Origin: Macrostomum hystrix
Lineage: Eukaryota; Animalia; Platyhelminthes
Reading direction: 5' to 3'
NCBI GenBank assembly: GCA_950097015.1
Contig: CATNEN010000009.1
Location: 434,001 to 498,000, forward strand
Length of the DNA stretch: 64,000 bases
The translations under genes and the position numbers were made by a program. Shown here one piece after another: positions 38,548 to 52,061 of the stretch (within the stretch, counting starts at the first letter, position 1; every line of letters begins with the position of its first letter). The notes under the pieces were generated by a model. The model worked only from the letters and a program-made list of their open reading frames with translations, was not told the DNA's origin and did no database searches.

Positions 38548-41500
38548 CATACTTGAACAGAATCATGGCTCATACTTGAACCATGGTTAATACTTGAACA
38601 GAATCATGGCTCATACTTGAACAGAATCATGGTTCATACTTGAACAGAATCATGGCTCATACTTGAACAGAATCATGGTTCATACTTGAGCAGAATCATG
38701 GCTCATACTTGAACAGAATCATGGTTCATACTTGAACAGAATCATGGTTCATACTTGAACAGAATCATGGTTCATACTTGAACAGAATCATGGTTCATAC
38801 TTGAACAGAATCATGGCTCATACTTGAACAGAATCATGGCTCATACTTGAACAGAATCATGGTTCATACTTGAACAGAATCATGGTTCATACTTGAACAG
38901 AATCATGGTTCATACTTGAACAGAATCATGGCTCATACTTGAACAGAATCATGGTTCATACTTGAACAGAATCATGGTTCATACTTGAACAGAATCATGG
39001 TTCATACTTGAACAGAATCATGGCTCATACTTGAACAGAATCATGGTTCATACTTGAACAGAATCATGGTTCATACTTGAACAGAATCATGGTTCATACT
39101 TGAACAGAATCATGGTTCATACTTGAACAGAATCATGGTTCATACTTGAACAGAATCATGGTTCATACTTGAACAGAATCATGGCTCATACTTGAACAGA
39201 ATCATGGTTCATACTTGAGCAGAATCATGGCTCATACTTGAACAGAATCATGGTTCATACTTGAACAGAATCATGGTTCATACTTGAACAGAATCATGGC
39301 TCATACTTGAACAGAATCATGGTTCATACTTGAACAGAATCATGGCTCATACTTGAACAGAATCATGGTTCATACTTGAACAGAATCATGGCTCATACTT
39401 GAACAGAATCATGGTTCATACTTGAACAGAATCATGGCTCATACTTGAACAGAATCATGGTTCATACTTGAACAGAATCATGGTTCATACTTGAACAGAA
39501 TCATGGCTCATACTTGAACAGAATCATGGTTCATACTTGAACAGAATCATGGCTCATACTTGAACAGAATCATGGTTCATACTTGAACAGAATCATGGTT
39601 CATACTTGAACAGAATCATGGTTCATACTTGAACATAATCATGGCTCATACTTGAACAGAATCATGGTTCATACTTGAACAGAATCATGGTTCATCTTGA
39701 ACAGAATCATGGCTCATACTTGAACAGAATCATGGTTCATACTTGAACAGAATCATGGTTCATCTTGAACAGAATCATGGCTCATACTTGAACAGAATCA
39801 TGGCTCATACTTGAACAGAATCATGGTTCATACTTGAACAGAATCATGGCTCATACTTGAACCATGGTTCATACTTGAACAGAATCATGGTTCATACTTG
39901 AACAGAATCATGGCTCATACTTGAACAGAATCATGGTTCATACTTGAACATAATCATGGCTCATACTTGAACAGAATCATGGCTCATACTTGAACAGAAT
40001 CATGGCTCATACTTGAACAGAATCATGGCTCATACTTGAACAGAATCATGGCTCATACTTGAACAGAATCATGGTTCATACTTGAACAGAATCATGGTTC
40101 ATACTTGAACAGAATCATGGTTCATACTTGAACAGAATCATGGTTCATACTTGAACAGAATCATGGCTCATACTTGAACCATGGTTCATACTTGCACAGA
40201 ATCATGGTTCATACTTGAACAGAATCATGGCTCATACTTGAACAGAATCATGGCTCATACTTGAACAGAATCATGGCTCATACTTGAACAGAATCATGGC
40301 TCATACTTTAACAGAATCATGGTTCATACTTGAACAGAATCATGGTTCATACTTGAACAGAATCATGGCTCATACTTGAACAGAATCATGGTTCATACTT
40401 GAACAGAATCATAGCTCATACTTGAACAGAATCATGGTTCATACTTGAACAGAATCATGGTTCATACTTGAACAGAATCATGGTTCATACTTGAACAGAA
40501 TCATGGTCATACTTGAACAGAATCATGGTCATACTTTGACAGAATCATGGCTCATACTTGAACAGAATCATGGTTCATACTTGAACAGAATCATGGTTCA
40601 TACTTGAACTAGAATCATGGCTCATACTTGAACAGAATCATGGTTCATACTTGAACAGAATCATGGCTCATACTTGAACCGAATCATGGTTCATACTTTG
40701 AACAGAATCATGGCTCATACTTGAACAGAATCATGGTTCATACTTGAACAGAATCATGGCTCATACTTGAACAGAATCATGGTTCATACTTGAACAGAAT
40801 CATGGTTCATACTTGAACAGAATCATGGCTCATACTTGAACAGAATCATGGTTCATACTTGAACAGAATCATGGCTCATACTTGAACAGAATCATGGTTC
40901 ATACTTGAACAGAATCATGGTTCATACTTGAACAGAATCATGGTTCATACTTGAACAGAATCATGGCTTCATACTTGAACAGAATCATGGTTCATACTTG
41001 AACAGAATCATGGCTCATACTTGAACAGAATCATGGCTCATACTTGAACAGAATCATGGTTCATACTTGAACAGAATCATGGCTCATACTTGAACAGAAT
41101 CATGGCTCATACTTGAACAGAATCATGGCTTCATACTTGAACAGAATCATGGTTCATACTTGAACAGAATCATGGTTCATACTTGAACATAATCATGGTT
41201 CATACTTGAACAGAATCATGGTTCATACTTGAACAGAATCATGGTTCATACTTGAACATAATCATGGTTCATACTTGAACAGAATCATGGCTCATACTTG
41301 AACAGAATCATGGCTCATACTTGAACAGAATCATGGTTCATACTTGAACAGAATCATGGCTCATACTTGAACAGAATCATGGTTCATACTTGAACAGAAT
41401 CATGGTTCATACTTGAACAGAATCATGGTTCATACTTGAACAGAATCATGGTTCATACTTGAACAGAATCATGGCTCATACTTGAACAGATCATGGTTCA

Positions 41501-44195
41501 TACTTGAACAGAATCATGGTTCATACTTGAACGAATCATGGTTCATACTTGAACATAATCATGGCTTCATACTTGAACAGAATCATGGCTCATACTTGAA
41601 CAGAATCATGGCTCATACTTGAACAGAATCATGGTTCATACTTGAACAGAATCATGGCTCATACTTGAACAGAATCATGGTTCATACTTGAACAGAATCA
41701 TGGCTTCATACTTGAACAGAATCATGGCTCATACTTGAACAGAATCATGGTTCATACTTGAACAGAATCATGGCTTCATACTTGAACAGAATCATGGCTT
41801 CATACTTGAACATAATCATGGTCATACTTGAACAGAATCATGGCTCATACTTGAACAGAATCATGGCTCATACTTGAACAGAATCATGGTTCATACTTGA
41901 ACAGAATCATGGCTCATACTTGAACAGAATCATGGCTCATACTTGAACAGAATCATGGTTCATACTTGAACAGAATCATGCTCATACTTGAACAGAATCA
42001 TGGCTCATACTTGAACAGCATGGTTCATACTTGAACAGAATCATGGTTCATACTTGAACAGAATCATGGCTCATACTTGAACAGAATCATGGTTCATACT
42101 TGAACAGAATCATGGCTCATACTTGAACAGAATCATGGTTCATACTTGAACAGAATCATGGTTCATACTTGAACAGAATCATGGCTCATACTTGAACAGA
42201 ATCATGTTCATACTTGAACAGAATCATGGCTCATACTTGAACAGAATCATGGCTCATACTTGAACAGAATCATGGTTCATACTTGAACAGAATCATGGCT
42301 CATACTTGAACAGAATCATGGTTCATACTTGAACAGAATCATGGCTCATACTTGAACAAATCATGGTTCATACTTGAACAGAATCATGGTTCATACTTGA
42401 ACAGAATCATGGTTCATACTTGACAGAATCATGGTTCATACTTGAACAGAATCATGGCTCATACTTGAACAGAATCATGGTTCATACTTGAACAGAATCA
42501 TGGTTCATACTTGAACAGAATCATGGCTTCATACTTGAACAGAATCATGGCTCATACTTGAACAGAATCATGGTTCATACTTGAACAGAATCATGGCTCA
42601 TACTTGAACAGAATCATGGTTCATACTTGAACAGAATCATGGTTCATACTTGAACAGAATCATGGCTCATACTTGAACAGAATCATGGCTCATACTTGAA
42701 CAGAATCATGGCTTCATACTTGAACCATGGTTCATACTTGAACAGAATCATGGTTCATACTTGAACAGAATCATGGTTCATACTTGAACAGAATCATGGC
42801 TCATACTTGAACAGAATCATGGCTCATACTTAAACAGAATCATGGCTCATACTTGAACAGAATCATGGCTCATACTTGAACAGAATCATGGCTCATACTT
42901 GAACAGAATCATGGCTCATACTTGAACAGAATCATGGCTCATACTTGAACAGAATCATGGCTCATACTTGAACAGAATCATGGTTCATACTTGAACAGAA
43001 TCATGGCTCATACTTGAACAGAATCATGGCTCATACTTGAACATAATCATGGTTCATACTTGAACAGAATCATGGCTCATACTTGAACAGAATCATGGCT
43101 CATACTTGAACCATGGTTCATACTTGAACAGAATCATGGTTCATACTTGAACAGAATCATGGTTCATACTTGAACAGAATCATGGTTCATACTTGAACAG
43201 AATCATGGCTCATACTTGAACCATGGTTCATACTTGAACAGAATCATGGTTCATACTTGAACAGAATCATGGCTCATACTTGAACAGAATCATGGTTCAT
43301 ACTTGAACAGAATCATGGTTCATACTTGAACAGAATCATGGCTCATACTTGAACAGAATCATGGCTCATACTTGAACAGAATCATGGTTCATACTTGAAC
43401 AGAATCATGGCTCATACTTGAACAGAATCATGGTTCATACTTGAACAGAATCATGGCTCATACTTGAACAGAATCATGGTTCATACTTGAACATAATCAT
43501 GGCTCATACTTGAACAGAATCATGGCTCATACTTGAACAGAATCATGGCTCATACTTGAACAGAATCATGGCTCATACTTGAACAGAATCATGGTTCATA
43601 CTTGAACAGAATCATGGCTCATACTTGAACAGAATCATGGTTCATACTTGAACAGAATCATGGCTCATACTTGAACCATGGTTCATACTTGAACAGAATC
43701 ATGGTTCATACTTGAACAGAATCATGGTTCATCTTGAACAGAATCATGGCTCATACTTGAACAGAATCATGGCTCATACTTGAACAGAATCATGGCTCAT
43801 ACTTGAACCATGGTTCATACTTGAACAGAATCATGGTTCATACTTGAACAGAATCATGGTTCATACTTGAACAGAATCATGGTTCATACTTGAACAGAAT
43901 CATGGCTCATACTTGAACCATGGTTCATACTTGAACAGAATCATGGTTCATACTTGAACAGAATCATGGTTCATACTTGAACAGAATCATGGCTCATACT
44001 TGAACAGAATCATGGCTCATACTTGAACAGAATCATGGCTCATACTTGAACAGAATCATGGTTCATACTTGAACAGAAACATGGCTCATACTTGAACCAT
44101 GGTTCATACTTGAACAGAATCATGGTTCATACTTGAACAGAATCATGGTTCGTACTTGAACAGAATCATGGTTCATACTTGAACAGAATCATGTG
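38548..44195. repeat. 5.6-kb 23-bp satellite (cagaatcatgg[t/c]tcatacttgaa)
   Basis: Roughly 240-250 copies with a binary T/C variant and occasional 17-bp deletion units (ttgaaccatgg). Confidence 0.98.
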
Positions 44196-45143
44196 CTCGC
44201 GCATTGAAGACTCAGATCATGGTTCATAGTTGAATATAATCATGTGCTCATACTTGAACATAATCATGTGCTCATGCATTGAAGAAATCAATGATCAACT
44301 GAGAATTCTTTGTCAATTTGCCTTGCTCCAAGCCCAGACACGACAAACGTTTTGCCTGTTTGTTCGGTGGCGCGGAAATAAATTTAAGGCAGCAATTCGG
44401 AGCAGCTGTGAGAGACAGGAACATTCCAGAGCTGAGTCACACATCGGCCAGAATACGATGCGTGCCCGTTGGCATCCGATCGCAGCCCGAGTCAACATTG
44501 CTTAGCCAGTGAGTGACTGTCTTCCAACCACATCTATCTAGCTTCTGCACTGAGCCAGTCATCTCAGTCATCTCAGATCTTGTTTAAGCAGCAGATTGAA
44601 AATTCAAAGCTTAAAATGCCATGCGGATTGTCCAGTAAGAACTGATTACGCTTCTAGGATTGCTCCACAGCATATTTCACTAGTGAGGTTGCAAAAAACT
44701 GAACCTATAGTGTCAGCTGAAAGTTTAATTTTACATTATTAATGATTGCCAATACAGCCTACTTGTCTCTGAGTAGTAGGGAAACATAGTCACTTTTAAC
44801 CATCGGTTTCTGAACAATGACCAGGAGACGGACCAGAACGCTGAACTTTTTAAAAAGTCAATGTGATGTGAGAACAGCCAAGTCATTGTTTAAAGAATCT
44901 GCGATTTGAATTTCAGTTTACAGAGAAAACACCAGCTTTCGTGAAGATTCCTTCAGGGTCAGGGGGCTGCAGCCATTCTGTTTTTTCCAGTGCAGCCATC
45001 TCTAGCGAACTCCAGAAAGCAACCAGATACGAATCAGTTATCCTTCCGTGAGCTCAAAAGCAGGCGTCGGTGGTTGGGGCGCCTTCATGTCTGCTTGCTT
45101 TCAGCTGAATGCCGTCGTCAACATTAGCATCGTTGTTGGCTGA

Positions 45144-45500
45144 ATGGAACCGATGCAATTGCTGGGAGCTTGGGCGACGGTGGCGTTGGTGGTGCTTCAT
45201 GTTTCTGCCAGCAGATCTGTTGTTAGCAGTAGGTGGAGGCGGCGGGGCAGGAAGAAGATACTGCACCAGGAGAAATTCAGCAGGTGTAACGCCAACCTTT
45301 GCGGCGACACAGCAGATTCACCTGGCTACGGCCGCGGCGGTGGCGGCAGCTCCAACACCGGCGGTTGGCCCGGAGGCAGCAGGGGCGGCAACGGCTTTGG
45401 CAGCTTTGGCGGCGGTGTCGGCGGGGGCGCTGGAAGTTCTACAAAGTGCCCCGGAGGAACGTATTCTCCTACGGTGTTTTTGGCGGTGACTCCCGACTAG
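45144..45500 (+). CDS. Candidate small secreted glycine-rich peptide precursor (118 aa)
   Basis: Hydrophobic N-terminus (MQLLGAWATVALVVLHVSA), basic RWRRRGRKK, three Cys, GGGG/GGxPGG-rich C-terminal half; GC-rich island in AT-richer flanks. No homology recognised. Confidence 0.4.
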   Translation: MEPMQLLGAWATVALVVLHVSASRSVVSSRWRRRGRKKILHQEKFSRCNANLCGDTADSPGYGRGGGGSSNTGGWPGGSRGGNGFGSFGGGVGGGAGSSTKCPGGTYSPTVFLAVTPD

Positions 45501-46258
45501 GCGGAGGAGGTTGACGCAGTTTTGCCCCTGCCTTCGCCAGGAGTATCGCCAGGGCAAATTCGAACAACACGGAGGCCGGCGGGCGCATCCTGGTTGAGCT
45601 GGCGGGCTCAGCGGGTTCCAGGTGCGACTGTGAGACGGACGCGAGCTGGCTGATTCGTCTTGACACTGAAAGTTTATAAGCGACTGATAATTATTCCCAT
45701 GTTTATCCTAACTCTAGCTAAAATAGTTCCAAACGAGAAACTGAAAACCTTGTATTCTTAATTTTTACAGTGTGCTGCGTCCATGATGAATTGCAGAAGC
45801 TGGAAAACAGACCGATCTGCAAGCCACATTATTAGCCAGATCGATCCGGCGATCCCGCGCATGGGCGTCGTGCCGCTCTTTCTGAAGCACCTGCTGCAGA
45901 GTCACCCGGGCGGGCAGGTTTGGGCAGACTGCAGTCTCAGCGCCCCATCAGCAATTCGCAAGACGCTCTGCAGGTTGTCGCGTGAGGCGTCACTCGGTAC
46001 GTCAACAGGAATGCCGGTCCTACCCCCTGAAGTAAGAACTTTCAACGCTTTCAACTCGGTGGCCTTTGACGTACTGTCTCACCTGCTCCGAGCTTAGATT
46101 ATACGAATCTGTATAATGCACGTGATGCTAAGATGCTTAACAAAGCTTTTGAAAAAACACGCGGTATATGAGAACAGTTTACTTCGTAAGCACCATGATT
46201 CTGGAGGCAAATATGACGATATTTCTACAACTGAATATGTGATCATTTTCCTCGCCCG

Positions 46259-49105
46259 TCAGCCGATGCAACAGTTTCTGTAGCGTCTTCGAGCAGCCGA
46301 TTTTAAGCAGCAGTTCTGCCCAGCAGTTCTGGCTGTGAAGCAGGGTTGGAAAATGTCAGAACACACTTTTAGAAGCATAGTTTGAAAAAATACGAGTAGT
46401 TCGTAAATAATTTGCTGTATTGAGCACAAATTTACGGATGAAGACATCAGCCGCATTAGCTTTCTCCGAGTCAGTTCGTGCTCCATGATGGTTCGGTGAT
46501 GAGTTTGAATGACACTGACCAGCTGCTCATGATTAAAACAGTAGTTCATGACCATGGTAAGCTCCTGTACGTCAGTGTCTTTGCTCAGCCCCACTTCGGA
46601 GTGTCATGCGGTGTCCCTTTCGATATTTAGACCTAGGTGTTCTACTATTAAGCACTTCTTAAGTGAATCGAAGTTGACGAAGAAGAAATTTTTTAAAGTT
46701 GTTCCTCTCTGTGGGAAACGTCTGCCCAACGAAGCCGTCGTCAGAATACAGTTCAGGACGCTGATTGTGATGTAGGCTGAACTTCGAGGCCGAGTCAGTT
46801 CCTTCAAGCTGTTTCCACAGAGCTTCTCTTGTTGCTTCTCCCGACATTAGTACCTCTCGACCACAGATACACTTTCGATGCTGAGCAGAGCTGCCTTGGC
46901 TTGTTCCACGCGGCCGAATTTCAGGTTTCAGCCATCGCTTTAAGAGTCTCTCGCGCCGTTAGTGCACAGTTTGGAAACCTTCCAATGCTGTCAATCAAGC
47001 CCTTCAGTGAGAAGGTTTTGACGAGGTTTCGATCTGCAAGTTGCAAGAAGACGTTTCTGACCGCGTCATGGAGCTCAAAGTATTGATAGCTTCTAGACGG
47101 TGTTTTGAATTTAAACCATGGGTTAGTAATGTTTAGAAATGGTTGGAAGTAAAATTTCTGGTCATCCAGCGGCTTGAGGGAATGAAGGTCGTCAGATGAC
47201 CATCCAGGACCTCGATCGAAGTATTCACAACATTAGCGCTTTTCGACTTGCTATACTCGTAGCTCCCACTTTTCAGTACACGGCTGCATCTCGCAGGAAG
47301 TAGTGTTTCATGCAAGCATCATCACCGAACTCGCCACCACTCAGTTGTTCGTACAGCATCCACAGCGACTGTTTCGTCAAGTATAACAAATTTTCGGATC
47401 GCCAGTCTGCTTGAGGCGTCGTTTCTAGAATGTAAAACACGATGCACTTTGCATGGTATGTTTTAAGCCCCTTCCCCTTCTCACGAATAACCTTCTTGAT
47501 GAGGTACTTAAGCACTATGAACAATTGGCCCTGCGAGTCCATGAGACTGCACATGAGGTGCCCCTCCAAAAAATTAGTGCTCACTCGAAGCTGCCTGCCC
47601 GACAGTCCTGGCGGTGCCGTTGTGACCAAATGACAGGGCGATTCTCGCAAGAGACTTGCGAGTGGCTCGAGAAGCGATTTGGGTTGGTGACTTTCTGGCT
47701 GATGTCCGATTTGCATTCTCGGGCTGATACTTGATCCAGTTGAGTATGAGTGCGGAGATGAAGCATATCCCTCAATGACCTCGATGTAAGGATAGCTGCA
47801 ACACAGGTAAGCGCTCACCAAGTCAAAGGCAGGCATGAGAAGCGATCCGTTCACTTGCTGGGTTTCTTTAAGTTTCTATAAAAAAGCGAACCTGAGCCCG
47901 AGGCTTCTACGTGGCCATTTTTTTAGTGAGCTTTCTCTTCGTCTCTCCCATCGCTGCACTTGCACCGTCCTTCAATACTCGTATTATAGAATCTGTCAGG
48001 CACAAACTCGGTCACGTCAATGTCGGAGTCCGCATCCGTTCTTCCAGAAAGCTGACAGAGACTGTTGCCCCATCCTTCAGAGAAGCTGCCCACAAATAAT
48101 TTTGCTTTCTTTCCCATTTGCTTCCGTTTGATTTCCTGCATGACACAGGCGGATATATAGCAGTGTTTCCGACCGGTCTCTTATATCGGAATGCTTTAGA
48201 AACAACTCAGCTGCAGCAGCGCTCCCAAATAAACAAGCGGCCTGCAGAAGAGCGACCATAACTTTCTGCTCGTAGAAGCTCGTTGATTTATATTGGAGCC
48301 GTTAGCCAGCAGCAGGCGAGTTGCAGCGAATTTTGACGCGACGATTGCACCAAAAATCGGCATCCAGCCGTCCCTGCTAGGGAAATCGACATTAGCCTCA
48401 ATGTTGATGAGTATCTTCATTATCTTGGTATGGCCATTTCGGGTTGCAGAGAACAGTGGCGTCTCGTCATGGGCGGCTCAAGATTGTCAAGATTTTCACC
48501 CGGTCGAGCCAGCTGCTTCACCACTTCTAAGTGGCCATAGGTGGCCGCCACAGACAGCGCCATTTCTCCAGGGTGTCGCTGGCGGCTAACATCGGCCCCA
48601 GCTTTGATGAGCTGTCGAACCACCAGATCGTGTCCTTTCTCAGAGGTTGCAATCAGAGGCGTCTCGTCCTTGTCTCTTGTGAGCTCGAAGTCAGCACACG
48701 AGCTAATCAAGGCTTTAACAATGCGCACATGACCATTCACGGAGGCGATCAGGAGTGGAGTTGCGCCGCTAATTTGCCGAAGGTTTACGTCCGCTCCGGA
48801 GCAAACCAGCTCTCTCACGACTTCAAGGTGCCCATCCTGCGCAGCAGTGTAGAGGGGAGTTGAGGCGATAACTTTCTGCTGCAAGTCGACATCAGCTTGG
48901 GCCATAATTACTGATATAAAAGTATCACCAGGTGGAGGTGACCGTTCTGGCTAGCCGCAAGCAGGGGCGTGATTCCGTTGCTATCGCGCAGATTCACATC
49001 AGCGCCGACTTTGATGAGCCGATTAACCGCGTCCGCTCGCCCGAGATTGGACGCGGATTGTAGACTAAATGCCGCTCCATTCATCATCTCAGCTGCATTG
49101 AGCAT
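46259..49105 (-). pseudogene. Intronless ankyrin-repeat (~8) + Mab-21/cGAS-like nucleotidyltransferase (cGLR) gene with a helical C-terminal extension, disrupted by multiple frameshifts and stops
   Basis: ANK repeats (TPLLAASQNGH, TPLYTAAQDGH, TPLLIASVNGH, TPLFSATRNGH); NTase VGSFSEG...SDIDV and FDLV; Mab-21 C-lobe CHLV...LRVS...E..L...LKYL...KTYHAKCIVFYILE...W...NLL...HYFL. At least 8 frame disruptions. Confidence 0.85.
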
Positions 49106-50150
49106 TGAGTTGTGACTGGCTGCTCGTTTGGGCGCGCAAAATCCACCTATACTAAATCTTTATTGGAATTCAAATTCAAAAAGGCGCCAAACCTAACCTA
49201 CTGACCAAAACTACTAAACTACTAAGCTTTTACAAATAGCACTTACGGGTAAAACTTATACCCAAACGAATACAAATCTCATTCAAACGAAAGGTATGTA
49301 GTCCACTTCTAAATACTTAAATTCACTTTGAAATTAAACTGCACGGTTAAGTGTACTAATAGTTAATTTTTATTTACTTGCGCCTTTTTAACACAAAATT
49401 AAATTCAAAATATTCTCAGCGTTCTATAATTCTAAACATTACAGGCTGCTTCCGAGAAGTTTTGTTATAATAACTAGACAAAAACTAACACCGGAAAAGC
49501 TTAGTATTTAATAAAATCATTTGGCGGAATAGTAGACCAGCCCAAAGTTGTGTTGAGAATGCCGGAATGAGGTTCGCTAAAATGACAACATTGCAGTACC
49601 CATAGCTGAGGCTTATTCGATTCTACTATCGTCTACTAGTGTGTAACAATGAGAATGACTGGCGCAGTTGCCAATATGTTCCTGTATTCTGATGCGCTTT
49701 GAAAATTTGCTCATAAGAACAGTATTTAGCAGAAATTATGTATCGAAGTCAACAGTGAGTATCCAAAAATTACATGATCATCACTAAAACTCAAACTACA
49801 GAAACGCAACCAGCATATTACACTTTTCAGATGGATTGTGGGAGCCAAGAAATTTTGTGCCAGTACTTAGCATTCTATTCTGCAGTCGTGCCATGCCCAG
49901 GTGACATTCAACTGGCAAACTAAGTTCCGTCATCCTTGAATTCTTTGTAGAAAATTTGCTAATTGCAAAGCTGCAGCTTGAAAGAAACGCAAGGAATTCA
50001 TACTCAACTCAGTTAGTATCTCATGAATAATTTCTGGTCGCTGAGCTGAGTAACTTGACTAAAAATTACGGCATAGAAAAATTTGGTTTGAGAGCGCCGC
50101 TCGCCAGCTTAAAAGCCATTGTCAAGTAACTTCTCCTCATTTGGGCAGCC

Positions 50151-50904
50151 ATGGAGGCGCGTGATGTGTTGCTCATTCAGGTAATCTCAATCATTTCCCT
50201 GCAGACTCTATGCAGCTTGCAGTGTCGAAAAGTCTACTCAGAAGTGAGCAACGCTTCACTGTGCATCGCAGGCGAGTTTATCCGCACAATGGGCAACACC
50301 ACAACAGACCTGCAGTGCTCGCTTCAGTGCGGTAGAGAGCCGCACTGCCAGGCATTCACCACTGCTGACGGTCCGTGTCAGCTGTTCGTGTTCGACAGGT
50401 GCAGCAAGTCGGTGAGAAACTGCAGCTACTCAAGGAGAGGCCGCCTGTTCGTGAAGCGTCAGCCGGGACTCGATCCGGGGGCGCTGTGTCCGTCTGGCTT
50501 CGGTGACGATCTGTACGGAGTGATGTACAATTACTTGTCCAACACTGATACTTGGGCCTCGCACAAGATGAAGTGTGAAACAAGTGGCGGACTCTCTATG
50601 CTCGCCGACGTAACTGACAGTGTAGAAATGAACCACTTGAACCAGCTGTTCAGTAAGTATGGTTCAGCGGCCTTTTTTCTCGATGGCCGGCAACTTGCCG
50701 GCAGCTCGGAGCCTTCAGGCGGCTGGTTTTGGTCTGGCTGCAACATTCCGCTGGATGGCAGTCTGTGGGCTAACAATGAGCCTAACAACGCTTTTACTGG
50801 CGAGAACGTCACAATCCGGGGTATCAGCCAGCCTGGATTGGGGGACGCCAATCCCGAAAGCCTGAAGAGGGGGTCTCTGTGAGTGCGTCTCACATTTTGA
50901 CTAG
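50151..50904 (+). CDS. Secreted PAN/Apple + C-type lectin protein, paralog 1; a 1-bp extra G at 50869-50873 shifts the last 11 codons (error or pseudogene)
   Basis: Signal peptide, PAN-like Cys pattern (CSLQCGREPHCQAF), CTLD with WANNEPNN. Removing one G restores RGLCECVSHFD* as in the paralogs. Confidence 0.8.
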
Positions 50905-51067
50905 GTTACAGTCAAGATAACAACGCACAGAAGGAAAGTTTTTGAATGCTTCTAGACAAACGTTTCGCTTCTTTTCAGACGGCACACTTTCCTTTTTAAT
51001 AATTAGATTGGCCTATCCTCACTGCGTCATTCAAGATGCAGCTGCACACTTCTAACTCTAAAAGGCT

Positions 51068-51705
51068 GCGATGAGTTATAGCAGTGCTCATGAGTTATAG
51101 CAGTGCTCATGAGTTATCGCAGTGCTCATGAGTTATAGCAGTGCTCATGAGTTATGGCAGTGCTCATGAGTTATAGCAGTGCTCATGAGTTATAGCAGTG
51201 CTCATGAGTTATAGCAGTGCTCATGAGTTATAGCAGTGCTCATGAGTTATAGCAGTGCTCATGAGTTATAGCAGTGCTCATGAGTTATAGCAGTGCTCAT
51301 GAGTTATAGCAGTGCTCATGAGTTATAGCAGTGCTCATGAGTTATAGCAGTGCTCATGAGTTATAGCAGTGCTCATGAGTTATAGCAGTGCTCATGAGTT
51401 ATAGCAGTGCTCATGAGTTATCGCAGTGCTCATGAGTTATAGCAGTGCTCATGAGTTATGGCAGTGCTCATGAGTTATAGCAGTGCTCATGAGTTATAGC
51501 AGTGCTCATGAGTTATAGCAGTGCTCATGAGTTATAGCAGTGCTCATGAGTTATAGCAGTGCTCATGAGTTATAGCAGTGCTCATGAGTTATCGCAGTGC
51601 TCATGAGTTATAGCAGTGCTCATTAGTTATGGCAGTGCTCATGAGTTATAGCAGTGCTCATGAGTTATAGCAGTGCTCATGAATTATAGCAGTGCTCATG
51701 AGTTT
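51068..51705. repeat. 19-bp minisatellite (gcagtgctcatgagttata), array 1
   Basis: About 33 copies; contains the palindrome ctcatgag. Confidence 0.97.
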
Positions 51706-52061
51706 CCAAAAGTCGGTCAATGTTTTTGCTTCAGGTAAATTTCAGGAGCAACTCGACGTCAATCAAACAGCATTGTTCTTGCGGTCCCATCTAGTATGAG
51801 CTAACAATAAAAAGTCACTTTTCTTGAAACAGCTGATAGTTAAGACAGTTCAATAAGACATTCCTAAGAACTTCTAAAAAATTGTTTGCGCACACACACC
51901 TGTAAATAATCAGGCGAAACATAACCTTGAACTTGTGGCTGGTTTGCTTGACAAAATTGAAACATTTGCATCGTATGATTTCCTCCCGCCAAAACTATTT
52001 GTTATTATATCGCTGAAGGAAGAACGCAGGCCCCAAGATGCAGTGGCTGCGTTGACACTCC

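Noticed and set aside
45783-46097. Coding-like GC-rich segment downstream of the cGLR
   Set aside because: Frames on both strands are interrupted and no homology was recognised; it could not be tied to the cGLR or to the Gly-rich ORF.
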